DNA from: Eledone cirrhosa | Lineage: Eukaryota | Direction of reading: 5' to 3' | Assembly (NCBI GenBank): GCA_964016885.1 | Contig: OZ024759.1 | Location: forward strand, 9,424,001-9,488,000 | Length of the DNA: 64,000 bases | Shown: piece after piece, positions 28,401 to 40,781 of the stretch | Layout: every line of letters starts with the position of its first letter | Position numbering within the stretch: the first letter of the stretch is position 1 | Program-made: the position numbers and the translations under genes | Notes under the pieces: model-generated | Databases searched by the model: none | Seen by the model: the letters and a program-made list of their open reading frames with translations, nothing else | What the model was told of the DNA's origin: nothing

Positions 28401-29264
28401 TGTTTCTACTTTTGGCACAAGGCCAGCAATTATCCCAGTGCATTACTGGTACTTTATTTTATCGACCCCGTAAGGATGAAAGGCAAAGTTAACCTCGGCA
28501 GGATTTGAACTCAGAATGGCAAGGGCCGTAACCCTATGCTGCAAAGCAAGGCGTCCGACCCTCTACCAATACTGCCAATCCACCACCCTAACATGGTGTC
28601 CAACCCTCTACCGATACTGCCAATCCACCACCCTAACATGGTGTCCGACCCTCTACTGATACTGCCAATCCACCGCCCTAACATGGTGTCCGACCCTCTA
28701 CCGATACTGCCAATCCACCACCCTAACATGGTGTCCGACCCTCTACTGATACTGCTAATCCACCACCCTAACATGGTGTCCGACCCTCTACCGATACTGC
28801 CAATCCACCACCCTAACATGGTGTCCGACCCTCTACCGATACTGCCAATCCACCACCCTAACATGGTGTCCAACCCTCTACCGATACTGCCAATCCACCA
28901 CCCTAACATGGTGTCCGACCTTCTACCAATACTGCCAATCCACCACCCTAACATGATGTCCAACCCTCTACCGATACTGCCAATCCACCACCCTAACATG
29001 GTGTCCGACCTTCTACCAATACTGCCAATCCACTGCCCTAACATGGTGTCCGACCCTCTACCGATACTGCCAATCCACCACCCTAACATGGTGTCCGACC
29101 TTCTACCAATACTGCCAATCCACCACCCTAACATGATGTCCAACCCTCTACCGATACTGCCAATCCACCACCCTAACATGGTGTCCGACCTTCTACCAAT
29201 ACTGCCAATCCACCACCCTAGCATGGTGTCCGACCCTCTACTGATACTGTCAATCCACCACCCT
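28401..29264 (-). mobile_element. SINE family 2 with its 5' head amplified as about 16 x 45-bp repeats
   Basis: TSD ACATAGCAGGTAATAAT at 28384-28400 and 29265-29281; array at about 28549-29264. Confidence 0.9.
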
Positions 29265-29498
29265 ACATAGCAGGTAATAATGATAATAATTGTGGTAATG
29301 AGATGGTGGTGGTGTATGTGAATGGCTGGGGTGTGAAGTGGGTGTTCAGGTGGGTGAAAGTGGTAATAAAGGGTGATATGTTTAATGAGGGACATGATAA
29401 ACATTATAATATTAACAAGAATGACAATGGTAAGGAATGTAACAGTGGTAATAAGGACGATGATAAAGTTGATGAAACATGACAATAATTGTGGTAAT

Positions 29499-32420
29499 TA
29501 AGCAGAGGCCTGTCTCAGATATAGGTGTGTGTGTTCATGACTTTGGTAGACAGAAACTTAGCAGAGGCCTGTCACAGATATAGGTGTGTGTGTTCATGAC
29601 TTTGGTAGACAGAAACTTAGCAGAGGCCTGTCACAGATATAGGTGTGTGTGTTCATGACTTTGGTAGACAGAAACTTAGCAGAGGCCTGTCACAGATATA
29701 GGTGTGTGTGTTCATGACTTTGGTAGACAGAAACTTAGCAGAGGCCTGTCACAGATTTATGTGTGGGTTCATGACTTTGGTAGACAGAAACTTAGCAGAG
29801 GCCTGTCTCAGATATAGGTGTGTGTGTTCATGACTTTGGTAGACAGAAACTTAGCAGAGGCCTGTCACAGATATAGGTGTGTGTGTTCATGACTTTGGTA
29901 GACAGAAACTTAGCAGAGGCCTGTCACAGATATAGGTGTGTGTGTTCATGACTTTGGTAGACAGAAACTTAGCAGAGGCCTGTCACAGATATAGGTGTGT
30001 GTGTTCATGACTTTGGTAGACAGAAACTTAGCAGAGGCCTGTCTCAGATATAGGTGTGTGTGTTCATGACTTTGGTAGACAGAAACTTAGCAGAGGCCTG
30101 TCTCAGATATAGGTATGTGTGTTCATGACTTTGGTAGACAGAAACTTAGCAGAGGCCTGTCTCAGATATAGGTGTGTGTGTTCATGACTTTGGTAGACAG
30201 AAACTTAGCAGAGGCCTGTCACAGATATAGGTGTGTGTGTTCATGACTTTGGTAGACAGAAACTTAGCAGAGGCCTGTCTCAGATATAGGTGTGTGTGTT
30301 CATGACTTTGGTAGACAGAAACTTAGCAGAGGCCTGTCACAGATTTATGTGTGGGTTCATGACTTTGGTAGACAGAAACTTAGCAGAGGCCTGTCTCAGA
30401 TATAGGTGTGTGTGTTCATGACTTTGGTAGACAGAAACTTAGCAGAGGCCTGTCACAGATATAGGTGTGTGTGTTCATGACTTTGGTAGACAGAAACTTA
30501 GCAGAGGCCTGTCACAGATTTATGTGTGGGTTCATGACTTTGGTAGACAGAAACTTAGCAGAGGCCTGTCACAGATTTATGTGTGGGTTCATGACTTTGG
30601 TAGACAGAAACTTAGCAGAGGCCTGTCTCAGATATAGGTGTGTGTGTTCATGACTTTGGTAGACAGAAACTTAGCAGAGGCCTGTCACAGATTTATGTGT
30701 GGGTTCATGACTTTGGTAGACAGAAACTTAGCAGAGGCCTGTCACAGATATATATGTGTGTGTTCATGACTTTGGTAGACAGAAACTTAGCAGAGGCCTG
30801 TCTCAGATATAGGTGTGTGTGTTCATGACTTTGGTAGACAGAAACTTAGCAGAGGCCTGTCTCAGATATAGGTGTGTGTGTGTTCATGACTTTGGTAGAC
30901 AGAAACTTAGCAGAGGCCTGTCTCAGATATAGGTGTGTGTGTGTTCATGACTTTGGTAGACAGAAACTTAGCAGAGGCCTGTCTCAGATATAGGTGTGTG
31001 TGTGTTCATGACTTTGGTAGACAGAAACTTAGCAGAGGCCTGTCTCAGATATAGGTGTGTGTGTGTTCATGACTTTGGTAGACAGAAACTTAGCAGAGGC
31101 CTGTCTCAGATATAGGTGTGTGTGTTCATGACTTTGGTAGACAGAAACTAAGCAGAGGCCTGTCACAGATATAGGTGTGTGTGTTCATGACTTTGGTAGA
31201 CAGAAACTTAGCAGAGGCCTGTCACAGATATAGGTGTGTGTGTTCATGACTTTGGTAGACAGAAACTTAGCAGAGGCCTGTCACAGATTTATGTGTGTGT
31301 TCATGACTTTGGTAGACAGAAACTTAGCAGAGGCCTGTCTCAGATATAGGTGTGTGTGTTCATGACTTTGGTAGACAGAAACTTAGCAGAGGCCTGTCAC
31401 AGATATAGGTGTGTGTGTTCATGACTTTGGTAGACAGAAACTTAGCAGAGGCCTGTCACAGATTTATGTGTGTGTTCATGACTTTGGTAGACAGAAACTT
31501 AGCAGAGGCCTGTCTCAGATATAGGTGTGTGTGTTCATGACTTTGGTAGACAGAAACTTAGCAGAGGCCTGTCACAGATTTATGTGTGGGTTCATGACTT
31601 TGGTAGACAGAAACTTAGCAGAGGCCTGTCTCAGATATAGGTGTGTGTGTTCATGACTTTGGTAGACAGAAACTTAGCAGGGGCCTGTCTCAGATATAGG
31701 TGTGTGTGTTCATGACTTTGGTAGACAGAAACTTAGCAGAGGCCTGTCTCAGATATAGGTGTGTGTGTTCATGACTTTGGTAGACAGAAACTTAGCAGAG
31801 GCCTGTCTCAGATATAGGTGTGTGTGTTCATGACTTTGGTAGACAGAAACTTAGCAGAGGCCTGTCTCAGATATAGGTGTGTGTGTTCATGACTTTGGTA
31901 GACAGAAACTTAGCAGAGGCCTGTCTCAGATATAGGTGTGTGTGTTCATGACTTTGGTAGACAGAAACTTAGCAGAGGCCTGTCTCAGATATAGGTGTGT
32001 GTGTTCATGACTTTGGTAGACAGAAACTTAGCAGAGGCCTGTCTCAGATATAGGTGTGTGTGTTCATGACTTTGGTAGACAGAAACTTAGCAGAGGCCTG
32101 TCACAGATATAGGTGTGTGTGTTCATGACTTTGGTAGACAGAAACTTAGCAGAGGCCTGTCTCAGATATAGGTGTGTGTGTTCATGACTTTGGTAGACAG
32201 AAACTTAGCAGAGGCCTGTCTCAGATATAGGTGTGTGTGTTCATGACTTTGGTAGACAGAAACTTAGCAGAGGCCTGTCACAGATTTATGTGTGGGTTCA
32301 TGACTTTGGTAGACAGAAACTTAGCAGAGGCCTGTCACAGATATATATGTGTGTGTTCATGACTTTGGTAGACAGAAACTTAGCAGAGGCCTGTCACAGA
32401 TATATGAGGTGTGTCCATGA
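29499..32420. repeat. 59-bp minisatellite, about 49 copies
   Basis: Unit TTAGCAGAGGCCTGTCTCAGATATAGGTGTGTGTGTTCATGACTTTGGTAGACAGAAAC. Confidence 0.98.
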
Positions 32421-32530
32421 CTGCATTTACATTTACTGTCTGCCGTGTTTATGTCCCACAACTTATCAGATTGACAAGATGAGATAGATAAAATAAGTAC
32501 GAGGTCTGATGGACTAAATCCTTTCAAAGG

Positions 32531-32977
32531 TACCCCAGCATGGCCACAGTCTAATGACTGGAACCAGTAAAAGAAGGCAGTGCCCCAGCATGGCCACAGT
32601 CTAATGACTGGAACCAGTAGAAGGTAGGCAGTGCCCCAGCATGGCCACAGTCTAATGACTGGAACCAGTAAAAGAAGGCAGTGCCCCAGCATGGCCACAG
32701 TCTAATGACTGGAACCAGTAAAAGAAGGCAGTGCCCCAGCATGGCCACAGTCTAATGACTGAAAGCAGTAAAAGAAGGCAGTGCCCCAGCATGGCCACAG
32801 TCTAATGACTGGAACCAGTAGAAGGTAGGCAGTGCCCCAGCATGGCCACAGTCTAATGACTGGAACCAGTAAAAGAAGGCAGTGCCCCAGCATGGCCACA
32901 GTCTAATGACTGGAACCAGTAGAAGGTAGGCAGTGCCCCAGCATGGCCACAGTCTAATGACTGGAACCAGTAAAAGA
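32531..32977. repeat. 50/51-bp tandem array, about 9 copies, SINE-tail-like
   Basis: Unit GTGCCCCAGCATGGCCACAGTCTAATGACTGGAACCAGTAAAAGAAGGCA. Confidence 0.95.
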
Positions 32978-33584
32978 ATGGGACAGTTCTACACCAATTG
33001 ACCTCATTTATTCAATAACGATGATTAACTCTAATTAGTTTATTTATTTATTTAATTAATCATGTATTTATTTACATTTTTGTTACAAGTTCGTAAATTA
33101 CCTTTTTCCTTTCCTTCAACCCAATTTCCCAAAGTTGTTTTGTTCAGATTCTGTGTAATTAGAGAAAATTTGCTCGTTAACTTTATTAATGAGTAAATTT
33201 GAGGATGATCAGATCATGTCAATCCACTTCTGCTTCTCTCCATACTCCACCTCATCTTATAACTTCTCTTTTAACACCCCACAACTCTATTTCAGGGATA
33301 CTATACTATACTCATATGTGCCATCTCTCTGTCACACTCTGCTTATTTCCATCTCTCTCTCTCTCTCTCTCTCAGACACACTCTGTCTATCTCCCCTCTC
33401 CCTTACTCCCTCTCCTTTACCCCCTCTGTCTCCCCTCTCCCTCTCTCTATATCAAATCATCTATTTATCTTTCTACATGTGAAACAAGAACAATAACATT
33501 AGTTTCCATCATTTGGAGTTGGAACAGAGTCTTTATATTTTGGACATTAATCCATCATCGAATGATAGAAACAGGATGAATAGA

Positions 33585-33672
33585 GGATGTTTGAGAGAAC
33601 ACTATCAGGTGGCTAGGAGAGAAGCTAGGCAACAAGTGTACCTTCCAAGAAGGGAAGCAGAAGATAAAAAAT
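33585..33672 (+). mobile_element. Short RTE ORF fragment
   Basis: REHYQVARREARQQVY versus REDYQVARREARRQVY in the long RTE copy. Confidence 0.75.
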
Positions 33673-33676
33673 GTAA

Positions 33677-35467
33677 CCCTTTAGCATTTACATTACTCTA
33701 TATATACTATTGTATTTTCACAGTAAAGGCTTTACCTCACATAATATCTCACATAACATTTACATTACTCTATATATACTATTGTATTTTCACAGTAAAG
33801 GCTTTACCTCACATAATATCTCACATAACATTTACATTACTCTATATATACTATTGTATTGTCAAAGTAAAGGCTTTACCTCACATAATATCTCACATAA
33901 CATTTACATTACTCTATATATACTATTGTATTGTCAAAGTAAAGGCTTTACCTCACATAATATCTCACATAACATTTACATTACTCTATATATACTATTG
34001 TATTTTCACAGTAAAGGCTTTACCTCACATAATACCTCACATAACATTTACATTACTCTCTATATACTATTGTATTTTCACAGTAAAGGCTTTACCTTAC
34101 ATAATATCTCACATAACATTTACATTACTCTATATATACTATTGTATTGTCACAGTAAAGGCTTTACCTCACATAATATCTCACATAACATTTACATTAC
34201 TCTATATATACTATTGTATTGTCAAAGTAAAGGCTTTACCTCACATAATATCTCACATAACATTTACATTACTCTATATATACTATTGTATTTTCACAGT
34301 AAAGGCTTTACCTCACATAATACCTCACATAACATTCACATTACTCTATATATACTATTGTATTGTCACAGTAAAGGCTTTACCTCACATAATATCTCAC
34401 ATAACATTTACATTACTCTATATATACTATTGTATTTTCACAGTAAAGGCTTTACCTCACATAATATCTCACATAACATTTACATTACTCTATATATACT
34501 ATTGTATTGTCACAGTAAAGGCTTTACCTCACATAATATCTCACATAACATTTACATTACTCTATATATACTATTGTATTTTCACAGTAAAGGCTTTACC
34601 TCACATAATACCTCACATAACATTCACATTACTCTATATATACTATTGTATTGTCATAGTACAGGCTTTACCTCACATAATATCTTACATAACATTTACA
34701 TTACTCTATATATACTATTGTATTTTCACAGTAAAGGCTTTACCTCACATAATACCTCACATAACATTCACATTACTCTATATATACTATTGTATTTTCA
34801 CAGTAAAGGCTTTACCTCACATAATATCTCACACAACATTTACATTACTCTATATATACTATTGTATTTTCACAGTAAAGGCTTTACCTCACATAATACC
34901 TCACATAACATTTACATTACTCTATATATACTATTGTATTGTCACAGTGAAGGCTTTACCTCACATAATATCTCACATACCATTTACATTACTCTATATA
35001 TACTATTGTATTTTCACAGTAAAGGCTTTACCTCACATAATACCTCACATAACATTCACATTACTCTATATATACTATTGTATTGTCACAGTAAAGGCTT
35101 TACCTCACATAATATCTCACATAACATTTACATTACTCTATATATACTATTGTATTGTCACAGTAAAGGCTTTACCTCACATAATACCTCACATAACATT
35201 TACATTACTCTATATATACTATTGTATTTTCACAGTAAAGGCTTTACCTCACATAATATCTCGCATAACATTTACACTACTCTATATATACTATTGTATT
35301 TTCACAGTAAAGACTTTACCTCACATAATATCGAATCTATGAGATTTTGAAAGTATTTATTTTGAGAACAATACCTTAACATCAGTTTGAGTGGCCAGTT
35401 ACGGCCGGTTTCAACAGAAAGAGGTAGAGAATTCTGGCCGGTTTTGGCCAGTTTGAACACTAAAGGG
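33677..35467 (+). mobile_element. piggyBac-type MITE with about 27 internal 60-bp repeats
   Basis: Termini CCCTTTAG...CTAAAGGG; TTAA on the right, GTAA on the left. Confidence 0.8.
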
Positions 35468-35819
35468 TTAACATATATATATATACATATACATATATAC
35501 ATGCATAAACATATATACATATATAAACAAACATATATACATGCATAAACATATATACATATATAAACAAACATATATACATACTTAGATACACACACAC
35601 ATACATATATATATATACATAAAGAGACATACATATATACATACATAGAGACATACATATATACATACATACATATTCATCCTGACACATACATAGACAC
35701 ACACACTGGAACAACAATAATAACAACAACTAAGCAAATCAAGTTTTAATTATGATTTTCAATAAATATTTTCAATTAATATAATTAATTAATACAAATC
35801 TACCAATCTCATTTACAGA

Positions 35820-36000
35820 CATGTCTGTGTTGTTAGGCAAGTACTTCACAACACACATGTCTGTGTTGTTAGGCAAGTACCTCACAACACACATGGCTGT
35901 GTTGTTAAGCAAGTACCTCACAACACACATGGCTGTGTTGTAGACAGGTACCTCACAACGCAGCTATGTCTGTGTTGTTAGGCAGGTATCTCACAACTAT
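35820..36000. repeat. ~36-bp tandem repeat, about 5 copies
   Basis: ATGTCTGTGTTGTTAGGCAAGTACCTCACAACACAC. Confidence 0.8.
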
Positions 36001-36130
36001 AAGGTCTTGGAATCTATCCTGCTCTGTGTAAACATGGACAAGTATGTCTTCTACTATAGCCTCATGTTGATTAATATCATGTGAGTGGATTTGGTAGGCA
36101 GAAACTGTTAGAAAGCCTATTGTATAGGTT

Positions 36131-36437
36131 TCATCATCATTTCATTTTACGTCCGCTTTTTCCCTGCTTGCAAGGGTGGGACGGGAACTGATTCTGGCTT
36201 GATTTCTACAGCTGGATGCCCTTCCTAACACCAACCTCATTTACAGTGAGTGCTGGGTGCTTTATTGCCGTGGCACCTCCACGACCACTTTACAGTGGAA
36301 TGATAGGGACCCCAGTCCTATCATCTCATTTCTACAGCTGAGTAAACTGGAGCAATGTGAAATAAAGTGTCTTGCTCATGGACACAATACATCACCCGGT
36401 CTGAGTATTGAACTCACAACCTTTCGATTGCAAGGCC
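36131..36437 (-). mobile_element. SINE family 1, short tail, head clipped
   Basis: Homology to the 13319 copy. Confidence 0.88.
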
Positions 36438-36648
36438 GTTGGTAATAACTGACAAAGTGGGACTTGTGTGGTTGACCTAGGCAGGATTTGAACTCAGGAT
36501 GTAAAAAAACCAGACCTTATTTACCTGATACTGCTGGTGAAATATTTAATGATTTTACTAAATCCCTCCAAATTCTTCAAAAAACTAATTGAAATCCAGA
36601 GTAACGAATGGCTTAATGAAATATCTCATTTACTTTTGTTTGTTTCAG

Positions 36649-37104
36649 ATGAGCAACAACACGACTGCTCTCTTCCATGAAGCAATCTCTTCAAACATCT
36701 CCAGCGTCCCATTAACTGTGCTGGCCAGCACTTTGGTAGCAGCAGCTCGGACAACAGCGACCACCACCATTGCTACAGTGGCAGCAGCAGCAATAACGAC
36801 GACAAAAACAGCGGCAACAACAACATTAGCAGCAGCAGCAGCAGTAGTAGCAGCAGTAGCATCGTCAACACCATCACCATATTCAACATTGTCAACATCA
36901 CCATCACCGTCTATATTGCCAAACTTCAATGCAACAACTACTACAGCACTTAACCCAGAAAGAATGACTACGCCAGACACCTTACTGAGTAATACCACCG
37001 ACAATATCACTCGGTTACAGCCATTAATATTTCTGCAGACAACTGCTGCTCAAGGAATTGCCGGCACATTTGCCTTTGCCTCCATCTTAATTACCGTCTA
37101 TCAG
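36649..37104 (+). CDS. TMEM184B: TMEM184B-like (OST-alpha family) coding exon 1
   Basis: tttcag|ATG; Thr/Ala/Ser-rich N-terminus then PLIFLQTTAAQGIAGTFAFASILITVYQ; donor gtaagc; 456 nt, phase 0. Confidence 0.88.
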
Positions 37105-37138
37105 GTAAGCTCAACTAACTTTCTTTGGTGTGCCCAAT

Positions 37139-37790
37139 AGGTACCGTTGGTAATAACTGGTACCGTTGGTGATAACTGGTACCGTTGGTGATAACTGGTA
37201 CCGTTGGTGATAACTGGTACCGTTGGTAATAACTGGTACCGTTGGTGATAACTGGTACCGTTGGTGATAACTGGTACCGTTGGTAATAAATGGTACTGTT
37301 GGTGATAACTGGTACCGTTGGTAATAACTGGTACCGTTGGTAATAACTGGTACCGTTGGTAATAACTGGTACCATTGGTAATAACCGGTACCGTTGGTAA
37401 TAACTGGTACCGTTGGTAATAACTGGTACCATTGGTAATAACCGGTACCGTTGGTAATAACTGGTACCGTTGGTAATAACTGGTACCATTGGTAATAACC
37501 GGTACCGTTGGTAATAACTGGTACCGTTGGTAATAACTGGTACCGTTGGTAATAACTGGTACCGTTGGTAATAACCGGTACCGTTGGTAATAACCGGTAC
37601 TGTTGGTAATAAATGGTACCGTTGGTGATAACTGGTACCATTGGTGATAACTGGTACCGTTGGTGATAAATGGTACCATTGGTAATAACCGGTACCGTTG
37701 GTAATAACCGGTACCGTTGGTAATAACTGGTACCGTTGGTAATAAATGGTACCGTTGGTAATAAACGGTACCGTTGGTAATAACTGGTAT
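37139..37790. repeat. 19-bp minisatellite (GGTACCGTTGGTAATAACT)
   Basis: Direct periodicity; starts about 35 nt after the exon 1 donor. Confidence 0.95.
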
Positions 37791-38014
37791 GGTGTCTTTA
37801 ATAACAGGTACCATTGGTAGTAAATGGTACAGTGTGACAGGTAATAATTGGTGCCTTTGTTAATTAATGATTGTTATAACGAACAGGTATATATAGCATG
37901 TAATCATGTTATATAGCAGACTGGTGAGGTAGGTAGGTGTGTTGATGAATTGACAGGTAGGTTGATATAATACCTGTTGACTGACAAATAGATAAATATA
38001 GATTGATGAGTAGC

Positions 38015-39125
38015 ATAGGTAGGTGGGTAGAGAGAGATAGGTAGGTGGGTGGTTAGAGTGATAGGTAGGTGGGTGGTTAGAGTGATAGGTAGGTGGGTGG
38101 TTAGAGAGAGATAGGTAGGTGGGTGGTTAGAGAGATAGGTAGGTGGGTAGAGAGAGATAGGTAGGTGGGTGGTTAGAGTGATAGGTAGGTGGGTGGTTAG
38201 AGAGAGATAGGTAGGTGGGTGGTTAGAGTGATAGGTAGGTGGGTGGTTAGAGAGAGATAGGTAGGTGGGTGGTTAGAGAGGTAGGTGGGTGGTTAGAGAG
38301 ATAGGTAGGTGGGTAGATAGAGAGATAGGTAGGTGGGTGGTTAGAGTGATAGGTAGGTGGGTGGTTAGAGAGATAGGTAGGTGGTAGATAGAGATAGGTA
38401 GGTGGGTGGTTAGAGAGATAGGTAGGTGGGTGGTTAGAGAGATAGGTAGGTGGGTGGTTAGAGTGATAGGTAGGTGGGTAGAGAGAGATAGGTAGGTGGG
38501 TGGTTAGAGAGATAGGTAGGTGGGTGGTTAGAGAGATAGGTAGGTGGGTAGATAGAGAGATAGGTAGGTGGGTAGATAGAGAGATAGGTAGGTGGGTGGT
38601 TAGAGAGATAGGTAGGTGGGTAGATAGAGAGATAGGTAGGTGGGTGGTTAGAGAGATAGGTAGGTGGGTAGAGAGAGAGATAGGTAGGTGGGTGGTTAGA
38701 GAGGTAGGTCGGTGGGTGGTTAGAGAGATAGGTAGGTGGGTAGAGAGAGAGATAGGTAGGTGGGTGGTTAGAGAGATAGGTAGGTGGGTAGAGAGAGAGA
38801 TAGGTAGGTGGGTAGAGAGAGAGATAGGTAGGTGGGTGGTTAGAGAGATAGGTCGGTGGGTGGTTAGAGAGATAGGTAGGTGGGTAGATAGAGAGATAGG
38901 TAGGTGGGTGGTTAGAGAGATAGGTAGGTGGGTGGTTAGAGAGATAGGTAGGTGGGTGGTTAGAGAGATAGGTAGGTGGGTGGGTAGAGAGATAGGTAGG
39001 TGGGTAGAGAGAGAGATAGGTAGGTGGGTGGTTAGAGAGATAGGTAGGTGGGTGGTTAGAGTGATAGGTAGGTGGGTGGTTAGAGAGGTAGGTGGGTGGT
39101 TAGAGTGATAGGTAGGTGGGTGGTT
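38015..39125. repeat. 24-bp purine/G-rich minisatellite (GAGATAGGTAGGTGGGTGGTTAGA)
   Basis: Direct periodicity. Confidence 0.95.
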
Positions 39126-39681
39126 ATATATAAATAGATAGATAGATAATATAAACAGACTGATATATATAAATATATTGAGGGGGAGATAAAAGATAGA
39201 TAGATATGGTGCTCAGTTAGGTAGAGAGGGAGGGAGGGAGGTAGAGAGGGAGGGAGGGAGGTAGAGAGGGAGGGAGGGAGGTAAAACAAAACTTCAATGC
39301 AGCTCTTATCTACATGCATATAAATACTTGTGCACTTGCATCTAGTTGCATCTGGTTGCATCACTGAATAATGGTGGTGGTTTTTTTCTCACTTGTGTCG
39401 TGGGATTTTATTGTTGTCGTTGTTGTTATTGTTGTTGTTGTTATTGTCATTGTTGTTGTTGTTGTTGTTATTACTGTTATTGTTGTCATTGTTGTTGTTG
39501 TATAGATTGAAAAAAGAAAACTGAATCATTTCTTTTTAGCTCTGATGGTGTCTGTGTGTCTTCTAAATTGTGTGCGTATATATATGTGTGTGTGTGTATA
39601 TATATATGTATATATAGTTATATATATATATATATATATATTAAAATATAAGTATTAATAAAATAGATGTTCTTTTGATCA

Positions 39682-39744
39682 ATTACATTTTATTATACAT
39701 ATTTCGGATGTACAACAGTACGTCCTCATCAGACAAAATATAAT
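39682..39744 (-). ncRNA. Type I hammerhead ribozyme, canonical core
   Basis: AUUAUAUUUUGU-CUGAUGA-GGACGUAC(UGUU)GUACAUCC-GAA-AUAUGUAU-A^AUAAAAUGUAAU; 12-bp stem I (two G-U pairs), 7 of 8 pairs in stem II. Confidence 0.82.
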
Positions 39745-40495
39745 GATACATGACATACCCTGAGATGTTATATGGTTAAAATTAAATGTAATTGATCAAA
39801 AGAACATCTATTTTATTAATACTTATATTTTAATATTAATAACTCCTGAAAATTATTTATTCCGTTGAGTGCTTCCAATCTACTGTAAAACTCATTATTT
39901 GACAATAATCATCGAATATTGTTTAACAACTTAATATATATATATAGTTATATAGTTTTAAAAAAAAGTCTGCAAGACCAAGACTTTAGAATATAAATTC
40001 AAAATAGGGATCATACTGGACAAAGACAATGGAAATAAGACAGATTGTCCCATCTCCTCAGTCAATCTTTGGAAATCACTATGGTTTCAGTGCATTAAGG
40101 TTGATACTTTTCTTTCCAATGCCCCTATTATGTATATATATAGTTGAAAAAAGGGTCAAAGTTCCCTAAAAAATAAAGAGGCTGCTATCGTTTATTTATT
40201 TACTGTTTCTTCATAGGTGCCTTTCAATCTTATAGCCTGGTCTAATTGATTTTTTTGTGTGGTTAATTATGCTAATTGGGAGAGGAAATGATGTATATAT
40301 ATTATCAAATGTTTCTATGGACATACTTTACTTTATAGTATATACATATATATATATTAGAAAGTGAGGTTTTTTTTTACAAAATGAAAAATAACCGAGG
40401 TGTCCTACACGAGTGAAAGTATAAAGAAAAAGAGATGAAATCGAAAATGCAACTGGAGTCTTATTTTTTTTTTAAATATATATATTTATTTGGTT

Positions 40496-40533
40496 CCTTT
40501 ACCGGTTTCGCAGTTCTTCTGCTTTTCAAAAGG
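40496..40533 (-). ncRNA. Minimal hammerhead motif (U3-A8 variant), same family as 10355
   Basis: CCUU-UUGAAAA-GCAG(AAGAA)CUGC-GAA-ACCGGU-A^AAGG, between ~69-bp inverted arms. Confidence 0.72.
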
Positions 40534-40638
40534 TGAGTTGAGATGGAGGGTCTGTAGTAAAACCACAGACCCTCCAAATAAATATATATATTTAAAAAAA
40601 AAATAAGACTCCAGTTGCATTTTCGATTTCATCTCTTT

Positions 40639-40682
<44 letters not shown>

Positions 40683-40733
40683 AGAAGCAAATACCTGGAT
40701 AAAATCCTTCTCTTAATGCTTACCTGTGTTTTC

Positions 40734-40774
<41 letters not shown>

Positions 40775-40781
<7 letters not shown>

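Noticed and set aside
14537-32977. CRISPR-like appearance of the regular arrays
   Set aside because: Units are head-to-tail with no unique spacers, there are no cas genes, and the context is eukaryotic
33513-35350. 609 aa and 546 aa repeat ORFs
   Set aside because: Read-through of an RTE scrap into the 60-bp MITE array
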